Source: Longimicrobiales bacterium
Lineage (GTDB): Bacteria > Gemmatimonadota > Gemmatimonadetes > Longimicrobiales > Gaopeijiaceae
Assembly (NCBI GenBank): GCA_033722275.1
Contig: JAWVZK010000001.1
Span: 1 to 52,694, forward strand
Length of the DNA: 52,694 nt
Direction of reading: 5' to 3'
The notes under the pieces were generated by a model that was given only the letters and a program-made list of their open reading frames with translations, was not told the DNA's origin and did not search any database. A program made the position numbers and the translations under genes. Below are positions 45,571 through 52,694 of the stretch, piece by piece. The first letter of the stretch is position 1. Every line of letters starts with the position of its first letter.

Positions 45571-46253
45571 ATACGGAGCAGAGGAGGCGCCGCCACTTCC
45601 ACGACGAGTTGGACACCCTCCAGGAGCGTCTGCTGGAGATGGCGAGTCTGGTGGAGCACGCCCTCGCCGATGCCTCCACCGCGGTCCTCGAGCGCGACCC
45701 CACCAAGGGGGAGCTGCTGCGCGAAGGGGACGAGCGCATCGACGAGCTGGAGATCGAGATCGACGAGCGGGTCCTGGAGCTCCTGGCGCTCCAGCAGCCC
45801 ATGGCCTCCGACCTGCGCCAGATCATCACCACCAACAAGGTGGCCAACGATCTGGAGCGGATCGGAGACCATGCGGTGAACATCGCGCGGGCGGTGACCC
45901 GTCTCATCGACAGTCCTCCGATCCCGAAGATCCGCGAGTTCGAGGACATGATCGAGATCACCCGGGGAATGGTCTCGGACGCGCTGGCGGCGTACGTCTC
46001 CCGGAACGCGGGGACGGCTCGAATGGTGTGTGTGACGGATGACCGGGTGGACGATCTGCGGCGGTCCATCTTCCGGATCCTGGTCACCCACATGCTGGAG
46101 GATCCGAAGCGCATCGGCGCCGCGCTGGAGCTTCTTCTCATCTCTCAGAACCTGGAGCGCACGGCGGACCTCGCCACGAACGTCTCGGAGGACGTCGTCT
46201 TCCTAGTGGAGGGTCGCACGATCAAGCACGGCGCCGAGATCGACGAAGACTAG
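45567..46253 (+). CDS. phoU: Phosphate signalling complex protein PhoU
   Basis: Two PhoU repeats (...[25 protein letters not shown]...[15 protein letters not shown]... and ...[16 protein letters not shown]...). TTG start overlapping the pstB stop (TTGA). Confidence 0.88.
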   Translation: MNTEQRRRRHFHDELDTLQERLLEMASLVEHALADASTAVLERDPTKGELLREGDERIDELEIEIDERVLELLALQQPMASDLRQIITTNKVANDLERIGDHAVNIARAVTRLIDSPPIPKIREFEDMIEITRGMVSDALAAYVSRNAGTARMVCVTDDRVDDLRRSIFRILVTHMLEDPKRIGAALELLLISQNLERTADLATNVSEDVVFLVEGRTIKHGAEIDED

Positions 46254-46306
46254 GCGGCTGTGACACGGTTGCGCTCGACGCCCCGTCGCGCATAGCCTGA
46301 TCGGCC

Positions 46307-47149
46307 ATGGATCAAGATATCAATGGCGCCGTCGAAGCCCTCCTCGACGAGGTCGGAGCGGAGACCGAGGCGCAGCCCGAGTTCGACGCGGGGAACCTTC
46401 GGGGCCAGGTCGCCATCATCACAGGAGGATCCAGCGGCATCGGCCGAGCGGTCGCCCTCGAGCTGGCCCACTGCGGCACCCACATCGCGTTCTGCTTTCT
46501 CGACGCCGGCTCCCAGACGCGACTGGACGCCCAGGCGGTGGCCCGCCAGCTCCGGGAGCTGGAGGTCAAGGTGTACTTCCGCCACTGCGACGTCCGGGAC
46601 AGCCGAGACGTCCGATCCTTCGTGGAGGAGGTCGAAGAGGAGCTCGGCGGCGTCCAGATCCTGGTCAACAACGCCGGGATCGGTCGCGACGGCGCGCTCT
46701 GGCGCCTCGAGGACCACGAGTGGGAGGCCGTGGTGCGCACGAATCTCGACGGAGCCTTCTTCTTCACCCGGGCCGTCGCGCCCCTCATGCGGGCGCAGGA
46801 GCACGGGAAGATCGTGAACGTCACCTCCGTCCACGGGCTCCGCTCCGAGTTCGGAATCTCCAACTACGCTTCGTCCAAGGCCGGTCTCATCGGCTTCACC
46901 CGGAGCGCCGCGGTGGAGCTGGGCCCGCGCAACGTGAACGTCAACGCCGTGGCCCCCGGCTACATCCGCACCACGAGGCTCACCGAGGGGGTCCCCCCCG
47001 AGATCCTGGACCGCGCCCGAGAGCAGGCGGTGTTGGGACGTCTGGGGGATCCACGGGACGTCGCCGGCGTGGTTCTCTTCCTCTGCTCGGAGTCCGCCCG
47101 ACACATCACGGGCGCGGTGATTCCCGTGGATGGAGGCTATCTGCTCTGA
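46307..47149 (+). CDS. SDR-family oxidoreductase, FabG-like, with a roughly 30-aa N-terminal extension
   Basis: TGGSSGIGRAVA, NNAGI and YASSKAG motifs, and C-terminus ...ITGAVIPVDGGYLL. Confidence 0.85.
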   Translation: MDQDINGAVEALLDEVGAETEAQPEFDAGNLRGQVAIITGGSSGIGRAVALELAHCGTHIAFCFLDAGSQTRLDAQAVARQLRELEVKVYFRHCDVRDSRDVRSFVEEVEEELGGVQILVNNAGIGRDGALWRLEDHEWEAVVRTNLDGAFFFTRAVAPLMRAQEHGKIVNVTSVHGLRSEFGISNYASSKAGLIGFTRSAAVELGPRNVNVNAVAPGYIRTTRLTEGVPPEILDRAREQAVLGRLGDPRDVAGVVLFLCSESARHITGAVIPVDGGYLL

Positions 47150-47273
47150 GCCGACGGAGCCATCGTGAGCGATCCGGATCCGTCGGGTGTCTCCAGGAAG
47201 GCGGTGGTGTGCCGTCCAGGACCGTACCTGCCCACGCGTTGCCCTCGCGGGCCGCTACCCTCATGATGCGCGG

Positions 47274-47837
47274 ATGCAAATTCTACGACGAATCGCTGGC
47301 GCCATCGACGCCCTCAACGACCGCATCGGCGTCGTCATACGCTGGATGGCGCTCTTCATGGTTCTGGTGGGCGCCGTCAGCGCCGTCGCGCGGTATTTCG
47401 CCCGCTCCCAGCAGTGGACGCTGAACCTGACGCCGGCCACCGAGCTCCAGTGGTACTTCTTCAGCGTCATCTTCCTCATGGGCGCCGCCTACGGGCTCAA
47501 CCACGACGTGCACGTCCGCGTGGACGTCATGTACGAGCGGCTCAGCGCCAAGGCCCAGGCGTGGATCGACCTGGCGGGGACGGTCCTCTTCCTGATCCCC
47601 TTCTGCGTCATGATGCTGTGGGTGTCGTATCCGGCGGTGATGAACTCATGGCAGATCCGTGAGCAGTCGCCCGATCCCGGTGGCCTGCCCCGCTATCCCA
47701 TCAAGATCCTGATCCTGGTCTCCTTCGCGCTCCTGGTCCTCCAGGCCATCAGTCAGCTCTCGAAGCAGCTGGACGTCATCCTCGGGATCGCCCCCGAGCT
47801 CGACCACCACGAAGACGAGCCGGAGGTGCACGTATGA
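47274..47837 (+). CDS. TRAP transporter small permease (DctQ family)
   Basis: Four-TM pattern ...IDALNDRIGVVIRWMALFMVLVG...HVRVDVMYERLS.... ATG 47274 lies inside track ORF 47187..47837. Confidence 0.85.
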   Translation: MQILRRIAGAIDALNDRIGVVIRWMALFMVLVGAVSAVARYFARSQQWTLNLTPATELQWYFFSVIFLMGAAYGLNHDVHVRVDVMYERLSAKAQAWIDLAGTVLFLIPFCVMMLWVSYPAVMNSWQIREQSPDPGGLPRYPIKILILVSFALLVLQAISQLSKQLDVILGIAPELDHHEDEPEVHV

Positions 47838-49132
47838 GCGCCTGGGGACCTGCGATGTTCGTCTCCGTGCTGGCCATGATCTTCACGGGCTATCCGGTGG
47901 CGTTCGCCCTGGGCGGGACGGCCTTCATCTTCGCCCTCATCGGGGCCGCGGCGGGGGCTTTCGACATGCCGCTCCTCTTCGCGCTCACGGAGCGGACCTT
48001 CGGGACCATGTCGAACTTCACGCTCCTGGCGGTGCCCTTCTTCATCTTCATGGGCACGGTGCTGGAGAAGTCGAAGCTGGCCGAGCAGCTCCTGGAGACC
48101 ATCGGGATGCTCTTCGGGCGTTTCCGGGGGGGGCTGGCCATCGGTGTGGTGTTCGTCGGCGCGCTCCTGGCGGCGGCCACCGGCGTGGTGGGCGCCAGTG
48201 TCACGGCCATGGGGCTCATCTCCCTGCCCGTCATGCTGCGCAACGGCTACAAGCCGGATCTGAGCCTCGGGGTCATCTCGGCGTCGGGAACTCTGGGGCA
48301 GATCATCCCGCCCTCCATCGTCCTCATCGTCCTGGGGGACCAGATGGGGGTGAGCGTGGGCGATCTCTTCCGGGCGGCTCTCGTACCCGGTCTGGTCCTC
48401 ACCGGCGGCTACGCCGTCTGGGTCGGGATCATCGCGTTTCTCCGGCCGAATGTCGCCCCAGCCCTGCCCGCCGAGATGCGGGTCGCGGGCTGGGAGCTGG
48501 CCAAGCGCGTCGTCGTCTCGCTTCTGCCGCCGCTGATCCTCATCGTGGTCGTGCTGGGGAGCATCTTCGCCGGCGTCGCCACGCCCACCGAGGCCGGGGC
48601 CCTCGGCTCGGTGGGTGCCATGGCGCTGGCCGGGCTCAATCGCTCTCTGTCCTACGACGCGCTCCGGGACGCCATGGAGGAGACGAGCCGCCTCACCATC
48701 ATGGTCGTCTTCCTCCTCATCGGGTCGACGGCCTTCGCCCTGGTGTTCCGGGGGTTCGACGGCGACATCTGGATCGAGACCATGCTCACCGGCATCCCCG
48801 GGGGAGCCCTGGGCTTCCTCCTGGTGGTGAACCTGGTCGTCTTCATCCTCGGATTCTTCATCGACTTCTTCGAGATCGCCTTCATCATCGTGCCCCTCAT
48901 CGTGCCGGCAGCGGTCCTGCTGGGCGTCGACCTCACGTGGCTGGGCATCGTCCTGGCGGTGAATCTCCAGACGTCGTTCCTGACTCCTCCCTTCGGATTC
49001 AGCCTCTTCTACCTGAGGGGCGTGACGCCGTCGAATATTCCCACCACGGCGATGTATCGAGGGGTGATCCCCTTCATCGTCATCCAGCTCGTCGTCCTCG
49101 CCAGCCTCATCTGGGTCGCCGTGCCGAGCTGA
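47834..49132 (+). CDS. TRAP transporter large permease (DctM family)
   Basis: About 12 TM segments. Typical ...FALGGTAFIFALIG..., ...LLAVPFFIFMG..., ...PPSIVLIVLG.... ATGA overlap with the dctQ-like stop. Confidence 0.9.
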   Translation: MSAWGPAMFVSVLAMIFTGYPVAFALGGTAFIFALIGAAAGAFDMPLLFALTERTFGTMSNFTLLAVPFFIFMGTVLEKSKLAEQLLETIGMLFGRFRGGLAIGVVFVGALLAAATGVVGASVTAMGLISLPVMLRNGYKPDLSLGVISASGTLGQIIPPSIVLIVLGDQMGVSVGDLFRAALVPGLVLTGGYAVWVGIIAFLRPNVAPALPAEMRVAGWELAKRVVVSLLPPLILIVVVLGSIFAGVATPTEAGALGSVGAMALAGLNRSLSYDALRDAMEETSRLTIMVVFLLIGSTAFALVFRGFDGDIWIETMLTGIPGGALGFLLVVNLVVFILGFFIDFFEIAFIIVPLIVPAAVLLGVDLTWLGIVLAVNLQTSFLTPPFGFSLFYLRGVTPSNIPTTAMYRGVIPFIVIQLVVLASLIWVAVPS

Positions 49133-49267
49133 CGGGACGGGAGGAGGGGCGACCCGGAGCGGGTGGGCCGGGACCTCGACCGCCCGAGCACGCGGGGCGT
49201 TCGAAACAGCGCACGGGGCTCGTCCGTAGTCATGGGTGACGGATTCCTCACGCTCGTTGAAGAAACC

Positions 49268-49603
49268 ATGCCCCGAGGCGGCTATCTGGGAGAGTTCGAG
49301 CAGCTGGTCATGCTGGCCGTGGCGCGCCTCGGCGGTGACGCCTACGGCATGGCCATCCACGACGAGATCGCGGAGCGCACGGGGGCCGACGTGGCCGTGG
49401 GCTCGGTCTACTCCGCGCTGGACCGGCTGGAGCGCCAGGACTACGTGACGTCCGAGGTGGGCGAGCCCACCCCGACGCGAGGCGGGCGCGCGAAGCGCTA
49501 CTTCCGGCTCCTCCCGGCGGGGGCGTTGGCGCTGAGCCGTTCCCGTGAGGCGCTGGAGGCCTTGTGGGAAGGTCTGGAGCTGGACCCGGAAGCCCCGGCG
49601 TGA
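49268..49603 (+). CDS. PadR-family transcriptional regulator
   Basis: ...LGEFEQLVMLAVARLGGDAYGMAIHDEI...GSVYSALDRLERQDYV...GGRAKRYFRLLPAG.... ATG 49268 preferred; ATG 49232 is possible. Confidence 0.85.
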   Translation: MPRGGYLGEFEQLVMLAVARLGGDAYGMAIHDEIAERTGADVAVGSVYSALDRLERQDYVTSEVGEPTPTRGGRAKRYFRLLPAGALALSRSREALEALWEGLELDPEAPA

Positions 49604-49614
49604 GCGGGGGACGC

Positions 49615-52269
49615 ATGGGCGAGCGCGACACACCTCCGCGCTGGGCGGAGCGGCTCCTGTGGCTCCTGCTGCCCCGGCGGCGGCGGGACGAGCTCACGGG
49701 AGATCTGCGGGAAGGATTCGCCAGACGGGCCCGGCGCGATCCCCGGAGGGCTCGGCGGTGGTATCGAGGACAGGTGATCCGGTCGATTCCGGCCGCGATC
49801 GCCTTGCGCGTGAGAGCAGAAAGGGACACCAGGGACGGGATGGGACACGGGATGGACATGCTGAAGCAGGACCTTCGATTCGCCTGGCGCTCCCTTCGCA
49901 AGAGCCCGGGCTTCGCGGCCGTGGCGACGGTCACCCTGGCGCTGGCCATCGGGGTGAACACGTCCATCTTCAGCATCATCAGCGCCATCGTCTTCGCCGA
50001 TCTGCCGATGCAGGAGCACCAGACGGCGGTCATGATCCGCGGCGTGAACCCCGAGCTCGGGGTCGAGCAGGGGAGCGTCTCCCCCGCCGACTTCCTCGAT
50101 CTCCGGGAGCGGACCCGCAGCTTCTCCTCTCTCTCGGCGCTCACCGAAGGTCGGTGGGTGCTCACCGGACAGGACCGACCGGAGCGTGTGACGGGGATCA
50201 GGATGACGCCTGGAACGACCGAGACGTGGAGGCTGCCGCCTGCGCTCGGTCGAGCGTTCACGTCGGAGGAGGCGACCCCGGGAAGCGGGCGGGTGGCGAT
50301 GCTCACCCACGGCTTCTGGCAGTCGCGCTTCGACGGCGATCCCGATGTCCTGGGTCGATCCCTCACGCTGGACGGCGTGGAGCATACCGTCGTCGGGGTG
50401 ATGAGCCCCACCTTCGAGTTCGCCTCGTTCCGTCAGGCCCAGGTGCTCGTGCCTCTGAGCTTCGACCGGGCCGGGTCGAGTCGGAGCGAGCGGAATCTCT
50501 TCGTCTCGGGCCGACTGGCGCCGGGTGTCACCCAGGAGATGGCCACCGAGGAGGTGGCGCGCATCGGGAGGAATCTGGCCGAGGAGCATCCCGAGACGAA
50601 CGCGGGTTGGACCCTCCGATCGGCGTCGGTCATGGACTCGCTCATGAACTCGAGCGGCCGCCGGATGATGCTCCTCCTCCAGCTCACGGTGGGAATGGTG
50701 ATCCTCATCGCCTGTGCAAACGTGGCGAACATGCTGCTGGCCCGGGCGACGAACCGGTCGCGGGAGATGGCGGTCCGGACCGCGCTGGGCGCCGGCCGCG
50801 GACATCTCGTCCGTCAGCTGCTCACGGAGAGCGTCTTGATCTCCCTGGGGGCGGCGATCCTGGGCGTCGCCGTCGCCTTCGGGCTCAACGACGCGCTCGT
50901 CTGGATCTCCGCGGGCGCCGAGGAGGCCTTCCGCATGGCCGAGATCGATGGGAAGGTCCTCGCTTTCACCCTGCTCGTGTCCCTGGGCGCACCTCTGGTC
51001 TTCGGCCTCGTCCCGGCGCTCAGGGCGTCGGCGGCGGGCCCGGCGGCAACGCTCCGGAATGGCCGTACCGACGAGGGCGGGCGCTCGGGCAGTCGGGCCC
51101 GTGGCGTCCTGGTCACGGCCCAGGTGTCTTTGGCTCTGACGCTCATGATCGTCGCCGGACTGCTGGCCCGCTCGGTGGTGAAGATGAACCTGAGCTCGCT
51201 GGGGTACTCCGTCGACGGACTTCTCACCGTTCGTGTGGACCTTCCCGAGAACCGCTACCGGGACGAGGGAGACGTGGTCCGCTTCTTCGAGGAGGCCCGT
51301 GAGGCGCTGTCGTCGCTGCCCGCCTTCGAGGGCGTGACGCTGGTGAGCTCCCTTCCCGGCATCGATCCTGGCCTCCAGCGTCCGGTGGAGATCGAAGGGA
51401 TCGACGTCGTGGAGGGGCGCTCGGCGCCCTCGGCGAGCATCCTCGCGGTGGGACCCGACCTCTTCCGCACGCTCGATCTCCCTCTCGTCGGCGGCCGGGG
51501 ACTTTCGGAGAACGACGACGAGGCCTCCATCCCCGTCGCGGTGGTCGGCCGCGCACTGGCCGAGCGCTTCTGGGGCTCGGAGGATGCCGTGGGTCGGCGG
51601 CTCAGGACCGTGGGGAGCGAGGAGTGGATACAGGTGGTCGGTGTGGTGGCGGACGTGGGACGGGGACGGGAGATGGACGACCGAGGCTCGGCGCCCAACA
51701 TCTACGTGCCCTTCAGGCAGGACGGCCGGAGGGGCATGTACCTGGTGGGGAGGGTCGAGGGGGAGGCGGCCGCCGCCACCGGGCCCGTGCGGGACGCGCT
51801 ATGGTCCGTGGACGGCGACCTGCCCGTGGGGCCGGTGAGGACGATGGCGCGCGCCGAGTACGAGCGCTCCGCTCCCAATTACGCGATCATCAGCCTCTTC
51901 GGCATCTTCGCGCTCTTCGCTCTCGGGATGGCCGCGGTGGGGATCTACGGCGTCATGGCGTACTCGGTGTCGCGGCGCAAGACGGAGATCGGCGTGCGGA
52001 TGGCCCTGGGTGCCGAGACGTCCCGGGTCCGGACCATGATCCTCGGTCAGGGCGCCAGGCTCCTGGCGGTCGGTCTGGTCCTCGGCCTCGTCCTCTCCTT
52101 CCTGGTGTCGGGACTGCTCCGAGGTTTGGTCTTCGGCATCAGCGCCACGGACCCGATGACCTTCGTGGGGATCCCGGTCCTCCTTGCATCGGTGGCGCTG
52201 GTCGCGAACTTGATCCCGGCGATCCGGGCGACCAGGATGGATCCCGCGCGCACGCTTCGGGAGGGATGA
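49615..52269 (+). CDS. ADOP-type (duplicated) MacB/FtsX-family ABC permease with N-terminal prefix segment
   Basis: Prefix (...WAERLLWLLLPRRRRDELTGDLREGF...), then ...LKQDLRFAWRSLRKSPGFAAVATVTLALAIG.... Two TM + periplasmic domain + FtsX modules. ATG 49615 lies 11 nt after the PadR stop. Confidence 0.87.
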   Translation: MGERDTPPRWAERLLWLLLPRRRRDELTGDLREGFARRARRDPRRARRWYRGQVIRSIPAAIALRVRAERDTRDGMGHGMDMLKQDLRFAWRSLRKSPGFAAVATVTLALAIGVNTSIFSIISAIVFADLPMQEHQTAVMIRGVNPELGVEQGSVSPADFLDLRERTRSFSSLSALTEGRWVLTGQDRPERVTGIRMTPGTTETWRLPPALGRAFTSEEATPGSGRVAMLTHGFWQSRFDGDPDVLGRSLTLDGVEHTVVGVMSPTFEFASFRQAQVLVPLSFDRAGSSRSERNLFVSGRLAPGVTQEMATEEVARIGRNLAEEHPETNAGWTLRSASVMDSLMNSSGRRMMLLLQLTVGMVILIACANVANMLLARATNRSREMAVRTALGAGRGHLVRQLLTESVLISLGAAILGVAVAFGLNDALVWISAGAEEAFRMAEIDGKVLAFTLLVSLGAPLVFGLVPALRASAAGPAATLRNGRTDEGGRSGSRARGVLVTAQVSLALTLMIVAGLLARSVVKMNLSSLGYSVDGLLTVRVDLPENRYRDEGDVVRFFEEAREALSSLPAFEGVTLVSSLPGIDPGLQRPVEIEGIDVVEGRSAPSASILAVGPDLFRTLDLPLVGGRGLSENDDEASIPVAVVGRALAERFWGSEDAVGRRLRTVGSEEWIQVVGVVADVGRGREMDDRGSAPNIYVPFRQDGRRGMYLVGRVEGEAAAATGPVRDALWSVDGDLPVGPVRTMARAEYERSAPNYAIISLFGIFALFALGMAAVGIYGVMAYSVSRRKTEIGVRMALGAETSRVRTMILGQGARLLAVGLVLGLVLSFLVSGLLRGLVFGISATDPMTFVGIPVLLASVALVANLIPAIRATRMDPARTLREG

Positions 52270-52301
52270 CGGTGACCGAGGGACGAGGGTGACGGGTCGG
52301 G

Positions 52302-52694
52302 ATGGCTGAGGCGGAGGAAGCGGGCCCGGGGACCGTCGTCGTCTGGGAGGAGGGACGGCGCGTCCTGCTCGGCGATCCGGTCTTCGGTCCCTGGGTCCGG
52401 CAGATCGGATCGGTGCAGATCCCGGCGTCCGACACCGACCCCTTCGCGTACCTGACCCGCGCCATCTGCTCCCAGCAGCTCGCGGGCGCGGCGGCTGCGA
52501 CGATCCACGGCCGGGTCGTGGAGGCTCTGGGAGGCAGGGTCACCCCCGATGCCGTGCTCGAGACGCGTCCGGAGCCCCTCAGGGACGCGGGGCTCTCCAG
52601 GAGCAAGCTCAAGGCCATCCGCGACCTGGCGTCGCGGCTCAGCTCCGGGGATCTGGCGTTGGACGACCTCGCCCACCAGCCCGACGAGGAGGTG
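52302..52694 (+). CDS. DNA-3-methyladenine glycosylase II-like (HhH-GPD) protein, 3' end outside the window
   Basis: ATG 52302. Frame is open to the window end, so it is absent from the stop-delimited track. ...FAYLTRAICSQQLAGAAAATIHGRV...LRDAGLSRSKLKAIRDLA... matches the AlkA-type HhH-GPD core. Confidence 0.7.
   Translation, partial: MAEAEEAGPGTVVVWEEGRRVLLGDPVFGPWVRQIGSVQIPASDTDPFAYLTRAICSQQLAGAAAATIHGRVVEALGGRVTPDAVLETRPEPLRDAGLSRSKLKAIRDLASRLSSGDLALDDLAHQPDEEV

Overview
Very GC-rich bacterial chromosomal segment of 52.7 kb (spot counts: 47/60 G+C at 9301-9360 inside nfo, but only 27/60 at 8581-8640). It is densely packed with about 52 protein-coding genes. I recognise no rRNA, tRNA, CRISPR array, transposase or integrase. 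Many long ORFs in the six-frame track are Arg/Pro/Gly-rich antisense artefacts of the high GC content. For several genes the real start lies inside a longer track ORF, and I re-derived those starts.

Gene content, left to right:
- mlaE-mlaF-mlaD plus a NUDIX hydrolase
- a TrxR-like ferredoxin-NADP reductase next to genuine trxB
- two SDRs, fumC, a low-GC orphan-gene islet, nfo
- a minus-strand metal-uptake operon: small Cys/His protein, His-rich beta-barrel OMP, ZnuA-like and ZnuB-like proteins, no ATPase
- an animal-type PTPS plus SDR pair, a Trm112-like fusion, TPR, OsmC, fadD-like, cutA, TPR
- a divergent macro domain
- a transglutaminase-like / ABC ATPase / ABC permease / TerB / micro-ORF operon
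- a four-gene envelope operon: SIMPL, DUF1499-like, lipoprotein, DUF445
- a sugar nucleotidyltransferase and an M20 peptidase
- a TonB-dependent receptor with two lipoproteins
- an HMGL-type synthase
- a complete phoB-phoR-pstSCAB-phoU block
- a FabG-like SDR, TRAP dctQM without dctP, PadR plus an ADOP-type MacB/FtsX permease, and a partial AlkA-like glycosylase

The PadR+ADOP pair, the CarboxypepD_reg-type TBDR and the GC content suggest a Gemmatimonadota or Acidobacteriota-like organism. That is inference only.

Nothing matches a known defence or mobile system. The best second-look candidates are:
1. The transglutaminase-ABC-TerB operon (21003-25880).
2. A CCGTTAC / ACGTTACCGG motif shared by the pstS and TBDR promoters, a candidate Pho box.
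3. The ATPase-less metal-uptake operon and the structured 390-nt intergenic region beside it.
4. The low-GC orphan islet at 8.4-9.3 kb.
5. The four-gene envelope operon of unknown function.
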